A model generated the notes under the pieces. That model did not search any database. It was not told the DNA's origin and worked only from the letters and a program-made list of their open reading frames with translations. A stretch of DNA of 64,000 bases from Oscillospiraceae bacterium (GTDB lineage Bacteria; Bacillota; Clostridia; Oscillospirales; Ruminococcaceae). Below are positions 26,961 to 37,210 of this stretch, piece after piece (position 1 is the stretch's first letter; every line of letters begins with the position of its first letter). A program made the position numbers and the translations under genes. The DNA lies in contig JAFXBK010000084.1 of assembly GCA_017521825.1 (NCBI GenBank), positions 30,105 through 94,104 of the forward strand, in the 5' to 3' direction.

Positions 26961-28127
26961 TTAAAGTTCCTCAAGAAATTCTTTGATTCTTTTTGTTGCT
27001 TCCATAATGTGGTCAAGGGAATAAGAATAGGAAACTCTTACAAATCCTTCGCCGGAAGAACCGAAGGCACCTCCCGGAACAACCGCAACCTTTTTGCTGT
27101 GAAGAAGTTTTTCGCAAAATTCTTCCGAAGTAAGGCCGGTGGATTTTATGCACGGGAAAACATAAAACGCGCCTTCGGGGGTAAAACAATCAAGCCCCAT
27201 ATCGTTGAAGGCTTTGACAAGAAAACGCCTTCTCATATCATACTGGCGTTTCATTTCCTCAACTTCGTTGTCACAGTCGCGCATTGCAACAATGGCGGCA
27301 TACTGGCTTGTTGTGGGAGAACTCATTATCGCGTACTGGTGGATTTTGAGCATCTGCTGAATTATCGGGGAAGGACCAGCAACATATCCAAGGCGCCAGC
27401 CGGTCATGGCATAGGCTTTTGAAAAACCGTTTACAATAATTGTGCGTTCTTTCATTCCGTCAATTTCCGCAATGGAAACGTGGCGTTCGTCACCGTAGGT
27501 AAGTTCCGCATAAATTTCATCGGAAAGGACCATGATGTCGGTTCCCCGGAGAACTTCGGCAATTTCCTCAAGGTGTTCTCTTCTCATAACCGCGCCGGTC
27601 GGGTTATTGGGGAAAGGAAGAACAAGAAGTTTTGTTTTCGGTGTAATCGCGGCGCGAAGTTCTTCAGCAGTAAGGCGGAAATCGTTTTCGCGCTTTGTTT
27701 CAATGGTTACAACTTTTCCTCCGGCAAGGCGGCAGATAGGATCGTAACAAACAAAAGAAGGAATGGGAAGGAGCATTTCGTCGCCGTTATCAATAAGAGC
27801 GCGGATTGTCAAATCTATTGCTTCTGAACCGCCGACAGTTATAAAAATATCGCTTGCGTCATATTCAAGGTTAAATCTTCTTTTAAGGTATTTCGAAGCT
27901 TCCTGGCGGAGTTCGATAAGGCCGGCGTTTGCGGTGTACCAGGTGCGGCCTTTTTCAAGGGATTTTATACCTGCCTCGCGGATATGCCAGGGAGTTCTGA
28001 AATCCGGTTCGCCGATGGTAAGGGCAATAACGTCCTTTACCTCCGCCGCAAGGTCGAAAAATTTACGGATTCCGGAAGGTTTTAAGTCCATTACCTTTTC
28101 GGAAAGCACACTTTCATAATTAATCAA
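26961..28127 (-). CDS. PLP-dependent class I/II aminotransferase (AlaT-like)
   Basis: 388 aa. Motifs GEPDF, NNPTG and SKAYAMTGWRLGY. Overlaps the upstream Lrp/AsnC gene by 8 nt, like B. subtilis alaR-alaT. Confidence 0.85.
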   Translation of the reverse strand: MINYESVLSEKVMDLKPSGIRKFFDLAAEVKDVIALTIGEPDFRTPWHIREAGIKSLEKGRTWYTANAGLIELRQEASKYLKRRFNLEYDASDIFITVGGSEAIDLTIRALIDNGDEMLLPIPSFVCYDPICRLAGGKVVTIETKRENDFRLTAEELRAAITPKTKLLVLPFPNNPTGAVMRREHLEEIAEVLRGTDIMVLSDEIYAELTYGDERHVSIAEIDGMKERTIIVNGFSKAYAMTGWRLGYVAGPSPIIQQMLKIHQYAIMSSPTTSQYAAIVAMRDCDNEVEEMKRQYDMRRRFLVKAFNDMGLDCFTPEGAFYVFPCIKSTGLTSEEFCEKLLHSKKVAVVPGGAFGSSGEGFVRVSYSYSLDHIMEATKRIKEFLEEL

Positions 28128-28605
28128 TATTCAGGTGCCTCCTTTCGTCTTTTACCTCTTCGGAAAAATTAAAGAAATGTTCCTTATAACGTTTAAGAAC
28201 AAAGTTTGTCGCGGTGGAAGTTACGGAATCAAGGGTGGCAAGGCGTTTTGCAACAAAAAGGGAAATATCCTTAAAGCTGTGTCCGCGGATAATTACAGAA
28301 AGGTCATAGCTGGAACTGCTCATAAGCCAAACGGTCTGAACTTCGTCAAAACGCATGATTTCCGCGGCAATTTCATCATAACCGTGGTCACGCTTGGGCT
28401 GAACTTTGAGCTCAATAACGGCGGTGCAATCGTTGGGATCGATTTTTTCCCAGTTAACAAGTGCGTTATAACCGACGATTACGTTTTCTTTTTCATATTC
28501 TTTAATTGCGGCGGCAATTTCTTCTTCGGTTTTTCCAAGAAGTGCGGAGAGCTGATCGGTGCTGAGTTTTGCGTTCTGTTCAAGAAGTTTAAGAAGCTGG
28601 TCCAT
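28120..28605 (-). CDS. Lrp/AsnC family transcriptional regulator (AlaR-like)
   Basis: 161 aa. N-terminal HTH plus an AsnC ligand-binding domain. Confidence 0.85.
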   Translation of the reverse strand: MDQLLKLLEQNAKLSTDQLSALLGKTEEEIAAAIKEYEKENVIVGYNALVNWEKIDPNDCTAVIELKVQPKRDHGYDEIAAEIMRFDEVQTVWLMSSSSYDLSVIIRGHSFKDISLFVAKRLATLDSVTSTATNFVLKRYKEHFFNFSEEVKDERRHLNID

Positions 28606-28618
28606 AATATTATCTCCT

Positions 28619-29440
28619 TTAATTGATTTTTATAAGAACGGGTTTGCGTTTTTCGTAATAACAGTAGGAAGAAAAGCCCGCTTCGTTAACAAGGGCAATT
28701 CCTTCGCCAAGGTCTGCGCCGAGAGAACCACAGCTGTGGGAACCGGAACCAACCGTTACAAATTCTCCGCCAAGTTCGCGGAACATTCGAAGATATCTTA
28801 CCGGGGGAAGGATCATGTTAAGTTTTCCGCGGAGTGCGGAAGTGTTTACTTCGAGTGCCTTTCCGTCTTCGGCAAGTTTTTTAAGAATAACCTCGATAAT
28901 GTCGTCACAATGGCGAATAGAAAAATAAGGGGCGGATTCGCTGTTTACATAGCGCATTGGAAGGGTAAGCTGGCTTAAAACGTCAAAATTTTCCCATTTT
29001 GATGTTTCCAAAAGGTATTTGTAATAGGATTCCAGAAGCTTTATAATTTCGTTTTCGGAAAGTTTGGAATAATCAATATCGCTGATTTTCCTTCCGTCGG
29101 GATATTTTTTTACCGAAGCAAGAACAAGGTCAAAAGGAGTGCTTGCGATGATCTTATCCGCTTTTCCGATATTATCAAGGGGTTGTCCGACCTCGATTCC
29201 GTTGGAAATTATAAGCGAATCTTCAAAAACGGAGCGGGCTTTATATACGCAGTAAACGGATTCCCGAACTCTTTCGGAAAACTGCATTTCGTCAAAGCGG
29301 TCGCAATCGCAGCAATCCGTTACGGCAAAACCCATAAGTCCGCGGTTTACCGCCTGTTCGCAAAGGCTCATCATGGAATGAACACCCCTTGGGGAACAGT
29401 CGCTGTGAACGTGACCGTCAAATCTTTTTTGATAATACAT
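28619..29440 (-). CDS. PHP-domain (HisJ-family) phosphatase
   Basis: ATG at 29440 follows an AGAAAGAGGG RBS. N-terminal FDGHVHSD metal motif and C-terminal GSGSHS. Confidence 0.75.
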   Translation of the reverse strand: MYYQKRFDGHVHSDCSPRGVHSMMSLCEQAVNRGLMGFAVTDCCDCDRFDEMQFSERVRESVYCVYKARSVFEDSLIISNGIEVGQPLDNIGKADKIIASTPFDLVLASVKKYPDGRKISDIDYSKLSENEIIKLLESYYKYLLETSKWENFDVLSQLTLPMRYVNSESAPYFSIRHCDDIIEVILKKLAEDGKALEVNTSALRGKLNMILPPVRYLRMFRELGGEFVTVGSGSHSCGSLGADLGEGIALVNEAGFSSYCYYEKRKPVLIKIN

Positions 29441-29564
29441 AAAGATCGCCCTCTTTCTATAATATTCTATAATAACACATATTATAAATTTTGAAAAGAG
29501 TTTAGCGGACAGAAATTGAAAAGCGATTTTAATAAAAACTGCCGGTAAAATAAATCCGAACAAA

Positions 29565-29591
29565 GAAAAAACACCCTTGCGGGTGTTTTTC
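29565..29591. terminator. intrinsic terminator
   Basis: Stem acaccc/gggtgt flanked by A- and T-runs. Confidence 0.7.
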
Positions 29592-30365
29592 TTACTTTAT
29601 AAGGCTTTTTCCACGCCATTCCTTTGAAGGAGAAATACCGATCATATCGCAAATCGTTGGCGCAACGTCAATTATATTTGCATTTTTGAATTTTTCCTCG
29701 TCAATTTCGAAATCGGTTTTGATGAAAAGGGGAATGGTCATATCAATGGGGTCTGCGGTGCCGTGGGTGTGGTCATGGCCGCCGTGATCCGCAAGAACAA
29801 TTACGCTGTAATCTTCCGGAATGTTGGACATGATTTTTTCAATAAGTCCGAAGGAATGGTGCGCGGCTTTATAATATGCTTCGGTTCCCCAGCCTTCTTC
29901 GTGGCCGATGCTGTCGGTGGTTTCAAGATAAAGAAAAGCAAAATCAGGTTTATATTCATTAATGAATTTTTCACAGTCATCCTCAAGAAGTTCGGTAACT
30001 TTTCCGTGCGGAAAATATTCCTCCGAAACAAATTTTCCGTAACAAAGGGAATATGGTTTATAAAGATCCTTAAGTTCGCCCCAGCTGTAGAAAAACGAGG
30101 TGGATTTTCCGCTATCACGCAGCTGCTCAAAAAGTCCTTTTCTCTCGCCGGGTACGTAGGTGTTACCAAAAATACCGTGCTCATCCGGCGTTCTGCTTGT
30201 GAAAAGCGAAAAATGACAGGGAAGGGTCCAGGAAGGAAAAACAGTTTGAGCATCCGGGTTATAATGCGCCGTGCTCATAAGTTTTTCCGCAAAAGGATGG
30301 CCGCATTTTAAAACCGCATCCGGTCTCGTTCCGTCACAAAGAATCATAAGAACCTTGTTTTGCAT
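29592..30365 (-). CDS. alkaline-phosphatase-superfamily protein (type I phosphodiesterase/nucleotide pyrophosphatase-like)
   Basis: 257 aa, no signal peptide. Motifs LCDGTRPD, DSIGHEEGWG and LADHGGHDHTHG. Confidence 0.75.
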   Translation of the reverse strand: MQNKVLMILCDGTRPDAVLKCGHPFAEKLMSTAHYNPDAQTVFPSWTLPCHFSLFTSRTPDEHGIFGNTYVPGERKGLFEQLRDSGKSTSFFYSWGELKDLYKPYSLCYGKFVSEEYFPHGKVTELLEDDCEKFINEYKPDFAFLYLETTDSIGHEEGWGTEAYYKAAHHSFGLIEKIMSNIPEDYSVIVLADHGGHDHTHGTADPIDMTIPLFIKTDFEIDEEKFKNANIIDVAPTICDMIGISPSKEWRGKSLIK

Positions 30366-30387
30366 AAAATCAACGCCTTTCTGTTAA

Positions 30388-32160
30388 TCAGACTGCATAC
30401 TGGCTGTTATAGATTTCGTAATAAAAACCTTTCTTTGCAAGAAGTTCCTCGTGCTTTCCGGTTTCGACGATTTCGCCGTTATTGATAACAAGAATCAAAT
30501 CCGAATCAACAATGGTGGAAAGACGATGGGCAATTATAAAGCAGGTTTTTCCTTCCATAAGCTTATCCATAGCCTTTTGTATAAGGATTTCGGTTCTTGT
30601 ATCAACGTTGGAGGTTGCTTCATCAAGAATCAGCAAGCGGTGGTTGGCCAAAAGCGCCCTTGCGATGGTAAGGAGCTGTTTCTGTCCGCCGGAAATGTTG
30701 GTGGTATCGTCGCCGATAACGGTATCGTAACCCTGGGGAAGGGTGCGGATAAAATGGTCGCAGTAAGCTTCGTCGCAAGCGGAGATAATTTCCTCACGGG
30801 TTGCTTCCGGTTTTCCGTAGGCAACGTTTTCCGCAACAGTTCCGCCGAAAAGCCATGTATCCTGGAGAACCATTCCGAAAAGTCCGCGGATATCTTCCCT
30901 TGAAATTTCGGAAATATCGTATCCATCAATGGAAATTTTACCGCTTTGCGGGTCATAAAAGCGCATAAGAAGGTTAACTATGGTTGTTTTTCCTGCGCCT
31001 GTGGGACCTACTATCGCAACGTTCTGGCCGTGTTTTATATCAAGATTAAGATTTTTGATAAGCGGTTTTTTTTCGTCGTAGGAAAAATTTACGTTTTCAA
31101 ATTTTACGTTTCCGGAAATTTCGGTTTTATCGATTTTTCCTTCATCAGGTTCTTCCTCTTCAAGGTCAAGAAGAGCGAAAACTCTTTGGGAAGAAGTTAT
31201 TGCGCGCTGAACATCGCCAAGGCCTTCCGCAATCTGTTCAAGGGGAGCGGCAATCTGTTTTGCAAAAAGAACGATTGTAACAATGGTTCCGACGGAAACT
31301 CCTTCGTTAAGGATAAGCCAGCCGCCAAGAAGGTTTACCGCAATATATGCAAGGGAATTGGTGAACGCGATGCATGGGCGAACCGCCGAAGAAATAAAAG
31401 TTGCCTTCACCTCGGCGTTGCGCTGACGAAGGTTGATTTCTTCATGCCTGCGGAGAGTTTCGCTTTCCCAGTTATAAGCCTTCGTTGTTGCGTAGTTTGT
31501 ATAGCTTTCCTCAACAATGGAATTGAGTTTTCCCGCTTCGGTAAAAAGTTCATGGAAGTGTTTTTCGCTTATGGCGGAAATTTTGGAAGAAAGATAGACG
31601 GAAATCGGGGTTATAACAAGGACGGCAAGGGAAAGCCGCCAATCCTCAAAGAACATCATAACGGTGATTACGATAATTTGTAAAAAACCGGTGGAAAGAG
31701 TTTCAATCATCGTGTGGATTGAGGTTCCCATGTGGGAAACATCGTCCGTCATTCTTCGAAGTATCTCACCAACAGGCGTACAGTCAACAAACTTTACAGG
31801 CAGTTTTTTGATTTTTTCGGAGATTTTGATGCGGATATTGCAGGTAAAATAGCGGCTTACAACGTTGTTCAAAAGGTACATGTTGGCAAGCCTTACCAAG
31901 CTTAGCAAAACATAAACTATTATAAGCGGAATTATTCCGGAAAGAATCATGCCGGAAAAATCTTCGGTAACAAGTTCTCCGGACCAGAAATCGTAAAGCT
32001 TCTGAACAAGCTCTCCGAGAAGTTTTGGGGAAACTACGGTGAAAATAATCGAAAGAAGGCAAAGAAAACAGGAAAGGATAAGCCATCCCCAAATGGGTTT
32101 TGCTTCCTTATAAATTCTTATAAGCGATTTGACGCGGTTTTGTTTTGTTTCTGCAATCAT
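30388..32160 (-). CDS. ABC exporter, fused permease/ATPase (heterodimer partner)
   Basis: 590 aa. 6-TM domain, Walker A GPTGAGKTT, LSGGQKQ, and Walker B LILDEATS. Confidence 0.9.
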   Translation of the reverse strand: MIAETKQNRVKSLIRIYKEAKPIWGWLILSCFLCLLSIIFTVVSPKLLGELVQKLYDFWSGELVTEDFSGMILSGIIPLIIVYVLLSLVRLANMYLLNNVVSRYFTCNIRIKISEKIKKLPVKFVDCTPVGEILRRMTDDVSHMGTSIHTMIETLSTGFLQIIVITVMMFFEDWRLSLAVLVITPISVYLSSKISAISEKHFHELFTEAGKLNSIVEESYTNYATTKAYNWESETLRRHEEINLRQRNAEVKATFISSAVRPCIAFTNSLAYIAVNLLGGWLILNEGVSVGTIVTIVLFAKQIAAPLEQIAEGLGDVQRAITSSQRVFALLDLEEEEPDEGKIDKTEISGNVKFENVNFSYDEKKPLIKNLNLDIKHGQNVAIVGPTGAGKTTIVNLLMRFYDPQSGKISIDGYDISEISREDIRGLFGMVLQDTWLFGGTVAENVAYGKPEATREEIISACDEAYCDHFIRTLPQGYDTVIGDDTTNISGGQKQLLTIARALLANHRLLILDEATSNVDTRTEILIQKAMDKLMEGKTCFIIAHRLSTIVDSDLILVINNGEIVETGKHEELLAKKGFYYEIYNSQYAV

Positions 32161-33881
32161 TATTTTGCACCTCCCGTCTGGGAAGCGTAAATTTCCCGAT
32201 ATATTTTACAGCGTTCCAGAAGTTCCGTATGTTTTCCGGAATCTACAAGAAAACCGTTATCCATAACAAGAATAAGGTCGCTGTTCATGGCGGATGTTAC
32301 CCTCTGGGTAATAACAATCTGGGTTTTGCCGGCGGCTTTTTTGGAAAGCTTTGTGCGAAGTCTGGATTCGGTAAGGAAATCCAGGGCGGAAAAGCTGTCG
32401 TCAAAAATATAAATCGGCGCGTTTTTAACAACGGCCCTTGCTATGGAAAGTCTTTGGCGCTGGCCGCCGGAAAGGTTTTTGCCGGATTGGTTAAGTTCGT
32501 GGTCAAAACCATCGTCAAGACCTTCGATAAAATCCGAAAGTTCAGAAATCTCCGCGGCTTCGCGGATTTCCTCATCAGTTGCGTCGGGTTTTCCCATAAG
32601 GATGTTGTCCTTTATCGTTCCGGAATAGATTGCGGAATTCTGGAGAACACAGCTTATATTTTTGCGGACGGTTTTATGGCTTAAGGTATCCGTGGAACGG
32701 TTATCGTAGATGATTTTTCCTTCGGTTGGCATCCGGAAACAAAGCATAAGGGAAACAAGGGTGGATTTTCCGCTTCCCGTTCCGCCGATTACCGAAACTT
32801 TTTGTCCCGGTTTGATTTCAAAGGAAACGTTGCTGACAGCGGGTTCGGTTGCGCCGTCATATTTAAAAGAAACATTATCGAAAACAACGCTTCCGGAAAA
32901 TTCAAGAGCTTCTTCGGGGATTTTATCGTCATATCCCTCGGCGGAAACAACTTCGCCGATTCGGTTAGCGGCAACTTTTGCGTGAGGAATCATAACGATT
33001 ACAAAAGCGGCGTTCATAATGCTTGTCATAACAAGAGTAACATATTGAATAACAGCAAAAATATCACCGGCGGAAACTGCGCTTGCGCCGGTTTCCATTC
33101 TGAAAGCGCCGATATAAACAATGAGCACCACGGAAAAATTGAGCAGGAACATCGCAAGGGGCGCGATTATTCCCATGCTCACGTTGGATTTTATGATGTT
33201 CATAGCCATTTTTCTTGTGGCTTCGGAAATTCTTTCGTGCTCATGCGCTTCCTTATCAAAAGCGCGGATAACGCGGATTCCGCGAAGGCGTTCGCGCATT
33301 ATATCGTTTTGTCTGTCGATAAATTCATCGGCAATCTGCCAGAGCGGTTCGATTTTTCTTCCAATTAAAATAACAACCACAAAAACAATCGGAACAAAGA
33401 AAAGAAGAATAAGCGAAAGAAGGACGTCCTTGCTTAACGAAAGAGCAACGCCGCCGATAAAAAGAACCGGAATTGTAATTATATTTCCGCAGAAAATAGA
33501 AGCAATCCATCCGAGAGTTTCGGTATCGTGGGTGGAACGGGTTATAAGTGCGGCGGTTCCAAGTTCGTTCATTTCTCCGAAGGTCATGGTGTTTACTTTT
33601 GAAAAAACCATTCTTCGAAGGTCGCAGCAAAAACCGGCGACAATTTCGGCGGTTATTTTTCTTCCGATAATTACGGTAACAAGTCCTGCAAGGGAAACAA
33701 GAAACATATAAAGGCAGTTTCTTTTAATAAATTCCATATCGGAAAGGTAGATGCCTTTGTCCACAATTTCGCTCATTATGGTGGGGAGCAAAAGTTCGCA
33801 AACTGTGGCGGCGGTCATAAAAAACAGAGCAACCGGAATTCTGTTTTTATAGTTTAAAAGGTTTTTAAAAATCTTCTTCAT
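32160..33881 (-). CDS. ABC exporter, fused permease/ATPase (heterodimer partner)
   Basis: ATG at 33881 follows a GAGGT RBS. GGTGSGKST, LSGGQRQ, IFDDSFS. 1-nt overlap with the downstream partner. Confidence 0.9.
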   Translation of the reverse strand: MKKIFKNLLNYKNRIPVALFFMTAATVCELLLPTIMSEIVDKGIYLSDMEFIKRNCLYMFLVSLAGLVTVIIGRKITAEIVAGFCCDLRRMVFSKVNTMTFGEMNELGTAALITRSTHDTETLGWIASIFCGNIITIPVLFIGGVALSLSKDVLLSLILLFFVPIVFVVVILIGRKIEPLWQIADEFIDRQNDIMRERLRGIRVIRAFDKEAHEHERISEATRKMAMNIIKSNVSMGIIAPLAMFLLNFSVVLIVYIGAFRMETGASAVSAGDIFAVIQYVTLVMTSIMNAAFVIVMIPHAKVAANRIGEVVSAEGYDDKIPEEALEFSGSVVFDNVSFKYDGATEPAVSNVSFEIKPGQKVSVIGGTGSGKSTLVSLMLCFRMPTEGKIIYDNRSTDTLSHKTVRKNISCVLQNSAIYSGTIKDNILMGKPDATDEEIREAAEISELSDFIEGLDDGFDHELNQSGKNLSGGQRQRLSIARAVVKNAPIYIFDDSFSALDFLTESRLRTKLSKKAAGKTQIVITQRVTSAMNSDLILVMDNGFLVDSGKHTELLERCKIYREIYASQTGGAK

Positions 33882-33982
33882 TTTTACCTCACATAATAAA
33901 AGATTTTTATAACGCGAAAAACCAATTTTCAGTATATCACCGGAAGGACTTCTTTTCAATAAACCGTTGGTATATTCAACAA

Positions 33983-34010
33983 TAAAAAAGCCCTTCCTTT
34001 AAGAAGGGCA
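33983..34010 (-). terminator. intrinsic terminator
   Basis: Stem gcccttc/gaagggc with a T-run on the minus strand. Confidence 0.75.
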
Positions 34011-34015
34011 AATTT

Positions 34016-35269
34016 TTATTCCGTTTTTGCGGGCCACTGACAATAAATGTTATCTTTTGTATCAAGGAGAACGGTCTGCATATACGAACTCCAACCGGTA
34101 CCTTCGGTTGCGGCAATAAAATCTTCCGCAAAGGAAAGATCAAGATCCGAAAAAACTCCTCCGAAATAAGCAACGTTGAGCTGGGCGCTGAAAACGCTGT
34201 ATTTTTCTGCAAGTTCCGGGTCGTTAACAACGGAATAAATTGTTTCTTTTGCTTGATCATAAGCATTGTCATAGAAAAATGCGTAACCGAATTCGGGATA
34301 ATTCAGAAGATTTTCGTCTGTACTTCCGATGCTTTCAGCATATCCCGCGACATCTGTTGTTTTGGATTCATATTCCCAGCTTTCGCCGGAAAATTCAATT
34401 ACTCCGTAGCGGTGAGGATAAACGCAGAACGCGCCGCCGACTATATCAGTAAGAGTTTCGGTCTGGACATAATGCTGGGTGTGCAGATGTCCGCAAAGAT
34501 AAAGTGATGCGCCATATTTGGTTATCAATTCAGCAACTTCTGTTCCGTTTCCGAGTTTATATGTAAAATCAAAGCGCGGATTATGGGAAAGAAGGCTGTG
34601 GTGACCGGCGACAATGGGGTGGTTTTCTGCTTCTTTGCAGGCAATAAGCTGCTCTTCAAGCCATTCTGTTGATTTTTTGCTGAGGTTTCCGAGAGCAACG
34701 CCATAAGTTACGTTGGTGTCAAGCATAAAAATTCTGGTTCCTTTTCCGGTATCGTAAACGTAGGAAAGGGAATTGGGGTCATAGGAAACAGCTCCGGTAT
34801 AGCCGAAATCGGCATATATCTCTTTAAAATCTTCCGGAGTGATAAATTCGGCTATTTCGGGTTCACCATTTGGGAAGGTGAAAGCATATCCGGTGATATC
34901 ATGGTTTCCGGGAAGAACAAGAACTTTGATTCCTGCTTCGGAAAGGGTTTTAAATTTTTCGGCCAAAGCAAGGTGAGAAACCTTTGCTCCGTTAAAAACA
35001 AGGTCGCCTGTTGCAACAATGAAATCCGGCTTTTCAACAAGCATTTCCTGAATAAACGCATCAAGAAGGTCTTCGTTATATTGTATCTGTTTTCCGGTTC
35101 CGTTTGAATCATTTGCTTCAAAAAAAGTTCCTTCATAAGAAAAATATTCGTTTCCGGTAAAATGAGTATCGGTAACGGTAACAATTTTTAAAGGCTTTTC
35201 TTTTGGCGAACAAGCGCAAAAGGAAAGAAAAATGGAAAGAATAAGCAGAACAGAAACAAATTTTTTCAT
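34016..35269 (-). CDS. calcineurin-like metallophosphoesterase lipoprotein
   Basis: ATG at 35269. Lipobox (LSFCAC). Motifs TDTH, GDLVFNG, GNHD and GHLH. Confidence 0.8.
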   Translation of the reverse strand: MKKFVSVLLILSIFLSFCACSPKEKPLKIVTVTDTHFTGNEYFSYEGTFFEANDSNGTGKQIQYNEDLLDAFIQEMLVEKPDFIVATGDLVFNGAKVSHLALAEKFKTLSEAGIKVLVLPGNHDITGYAFTFPNGEPEIAEFITPEDFKEIYADFGYTGAVSYDPNSLSYVYDTGKGTRIFMLDTNVTYGVALGNLSKKSTEWLEEQLIACKEAENHPIVAGHHSLLSHNPRFDFTYKLGNGTEVAELITKYGASLYLCGHLHTQHYVQTETLTDIVGGAFCVYPHRYGVIEFSGESWEYESKTTDVAGYAESIGSTDENLLNYPEFGYAFFYDNAYDQAKETIYSVVNDPELAEKYSVFSAQLNVAYFGGVFSDLDLSFAEDFIAATEGTGWSSYMQTVLLDTKDNIYCQWPAKTE

Positions 35270-35342
35270 AAAATCCCCCCAGGAAAAATCTGGTTTGATT
35301 TTATCATAAAAGAAAAAGATACGCAATAAAAAACAAAAAAGG

Positions 35343-36194
35343 TTATTTATATTTTCCGCTGATAATATAAAAACCGGTGTTGTCCGGAGAGATTTCGATA
35401 TCGTAACTTCCTTTCGGAATACAGAAATCCTCCTCCGGGTTTTGCCTTAATATGAAATATTCATTATAAACATATATTTTACTGGGAACCAACGATAAAA
35501 CGTATTCTTCAAGGGTTAGTTTGTTTTCAGCGATTATTTTTGAATGGGGAAGACCCACATAGCGGATATGCCAGGGTTCGTATGGTATTCCGGTGGGTTT
35601 TTCTCCGTAATAAGGGTATCTTATTATAAAACCATAATTCTGACAGAAGTTATTTACAAACTGTCCTTCTTCGGAATCAATAAAACCCATTCCGGCATGA
35701 TATTTTACGTAAACATCAAGAGCAAGGCCTGTAAGATGTTCGCTGGAATATATATCCGCGGCATATTCGTTTCCGGAATCTATAATTTCACTCTGTTCTT
35801 TTGGGGTGCGAAAGGAACTCATAATATATAAATTTGTTCCGAATTCGTTATAAATTTTTTCTTTAAGACTAATATAACCTTTTACTGCAAACGGGTTCAT
35901 AACAACGCCTTTATATTCAGTAATTTCCGGCGAATAGTTTTCCGGGAGAGGATGTTCTTTATTCACAAGCATAAGGGAATCGGAAAGAACCGCGCCGGTT
36001 TCCAAAAGTTTTTTGGCGTTTGTTTCTTCCGTTAAAATCTCATCCGTCGGAGCGGGTATTGATTTATCGGAAAAATCCGAAAGATAAGTTTCCATAAGAT
36101 AAAATTCTCCGGGAAAAAGTTTTGCGGCGGTAAAAATCAAAACGAAAACCAAAATAATAATTACTGTTGACCGTTTTAAAAGTTTCAAACTCAA
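35343..36194 (-). CDS. M15B (VanY-type) D-alanyl-D-alanine carboxypeptidase
   Basis: N-terminal anchor. Motifs SFRTPKEQ, SEHLTGLALD and EPWHIRYVG. Confidence 0.85.
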   Translation of the reverse strand: MSLKLLKRSTVIIILVFVLIFTAAKLFPGEFYLMETYLSDFSDKSIPAPTDEILTEETNAKKLLETGAVLSDSLMLVNKEHPLPENYSPEITEYKGVVMNPFAVKGYISLKEKIYNEFGTNLYIMSSFRTPKEQSEIIDSGNEYAADIYSSEHLTGLALDVYVKYHAGMGFIDSEEGQFVNNFCQNYGFIIRYPYYGEKPTGIPYEPWHIRYVGLPHSKIIAENKLTLEEYVLSLVPSKIYVYNEYFILRQNPEEDFCIPKGSYDIEISPDNTGFYIISGKYK

Positions 36195-36313
36195 AACCTC
36201 CTTTTCTAAAAAATTTTACCAGTAAAAATTTTAAGAAAAAAGCAGGGAAAACTTTAAGAAATGCTTAAGATTTTTTTAAGATGAAAAAAATTAAAAAAAT
36301 TTTCAAATTTATG

Positions 36314-36342
36314 TTGACAAATTCTTTTGGATATGATAAGAT
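36314..36342 (+). promoter_or_regulatory. sigma-A promoter for the tRNA pair
   Basis: TTGACA, 17 nt, TAAGAT, about 20 nt upstream of tRNA-Thr. Confidence 0.6.
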
Positions 36343-36360
36343 AACATTCGTCGCTGAGAT

Positions 36361-36436
36361 GCTGGTGTAGCTCAGTTGGTAGAGCAGCTGATTTGTAATC
36401 AGCAGGTCGGGGGTTCGAGTCCGTCCACCAGCTCCA
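36361..36436 (+). tRNA. tRNA-Thr (anticodon UGU), CCA encoded
   Basis: Hand-folded cloverleaf: acceptor gctggtg/caccagc, anticodon loop ttTGTaa, T-loop ttcgagt. Confidence 0.9.
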
Positions 36437-36464
36437 CCAAACGACGCAATTTAATATTTTATAT

Positions 36465-36549
36465 GGGAGTGTACCCAAGCGGCCAAAGGGGGCAGACTGT
36501 AAATCTGTTGCAAGTTGCTACGGTGGTTCGAACCCACCCGCTCCCACCA
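36465..36549 (+). tRNA. tRNA-Tyr (anticodon GUA), long variable arm, CCA encoded
   Basis: Acceptor gggagtg/cgctccc, anticodon loop ctGTAaa, T-arm ggtgg-ttcgaac-ccacc. Confidence 0.9.
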
Positions 36550-36551
36550 AC

Positions 36552-36583
36552 AAAAAGCTCATTCTTCGGAATGAGCTTTTTTG
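36552..36583 (+). terminator. intrinsic terminator after the tRNAs
   Basis: Stem agctcattc/gaatgagct plus a T-run. Confidence 0.85.
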
Positions 36584-36637
36584 TCATATACAAACCGTTT
36601 TGTAAATGTTATAATAAAAATCAAAGGCGGTGATAAA

Positions 36638-37132
36638 ATGAAAACAGTATATTTTGCCGGAGGGTGTTTTTGGTGTATTACGCCGACTTTTAAAGAAACG
36701 GAAGGCGTTTTTAACGTAACAAGCGGCTATTGCGGCGGAAACGAAGCAAATCCGACTTATAAAGACGTTAAAAGCCAGAAAACCGGACACAGGGAGACCA
36801 TTAAGATCGATTATGATTCGGAAAAGGTTACTTTTTCCGAGCTTTTTGAAATTTTCCTTGGCGGGGTGGATCCTTTTGATTCCGAAGGGCAGTTTATCGA
36901 CAAAGGCTTTTCCTACACCCTTGCCATCTATTATAATGATATAAATGAAAAAGAAACCGCCGAAAAAATGATTTCGGAACTTGAAGAAAAATCCGGAAAA
37001 AAGGTTTTTGTTTCCGTTGAACCTTTTAAAGCGTTTTATACGGCCGAGGAAGAACATCAGAACTATTATTTAAAACATCCGGAGGAATTTGAAAAGGAAC
37101 TTATTGAATCCGGAAGAAAAAAGCCCGAATAA
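36638..37132 (+). CDS. msrA: peptide-methionine (S)-S-oxide reductase
   Basis: ATG at 36638. FAGGCFWC active-site motif. Confidence 0.92.
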   Translation: MKTVYFAGGCFWCITPTFKETEGVFNVTSGYCGGNEANPTYKDVKSQKTGHRETIKIDYDSEKVTFSELFEIFLGGVDPFDSEGQFIDKGFSYTLAIYYNDINEKETAEKMISELEEKSGKKVFVSVEPFKAFYTAEEEHQNYYLKHPEEFEKELIESGRKKPE

Positions 37133-37146
37133 AATCGGGCTTTTTA
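37117..37146 (+). terminator. intrinsic terminator overlapping the msrA stop
   Basis: Stem gcccga/tcgggc plus a T-run. Confidence 0.7.
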
Positions 37147-37210
37147 TGCTGGTAAAATTCTAAACGTTGTGCTATACTCAATTTATTCCAAATGAAAAGG
37201 AGAATGCAAA

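Noticed and set aside
36254-36633. ORFs of 74 and 85 aa overlapping the tRNA-Thr/tRNA-Tyr genes.
   Set aside because: The sequence folds into two canonical tRNAs with a promoter and terminator. The ORFs are incidental.
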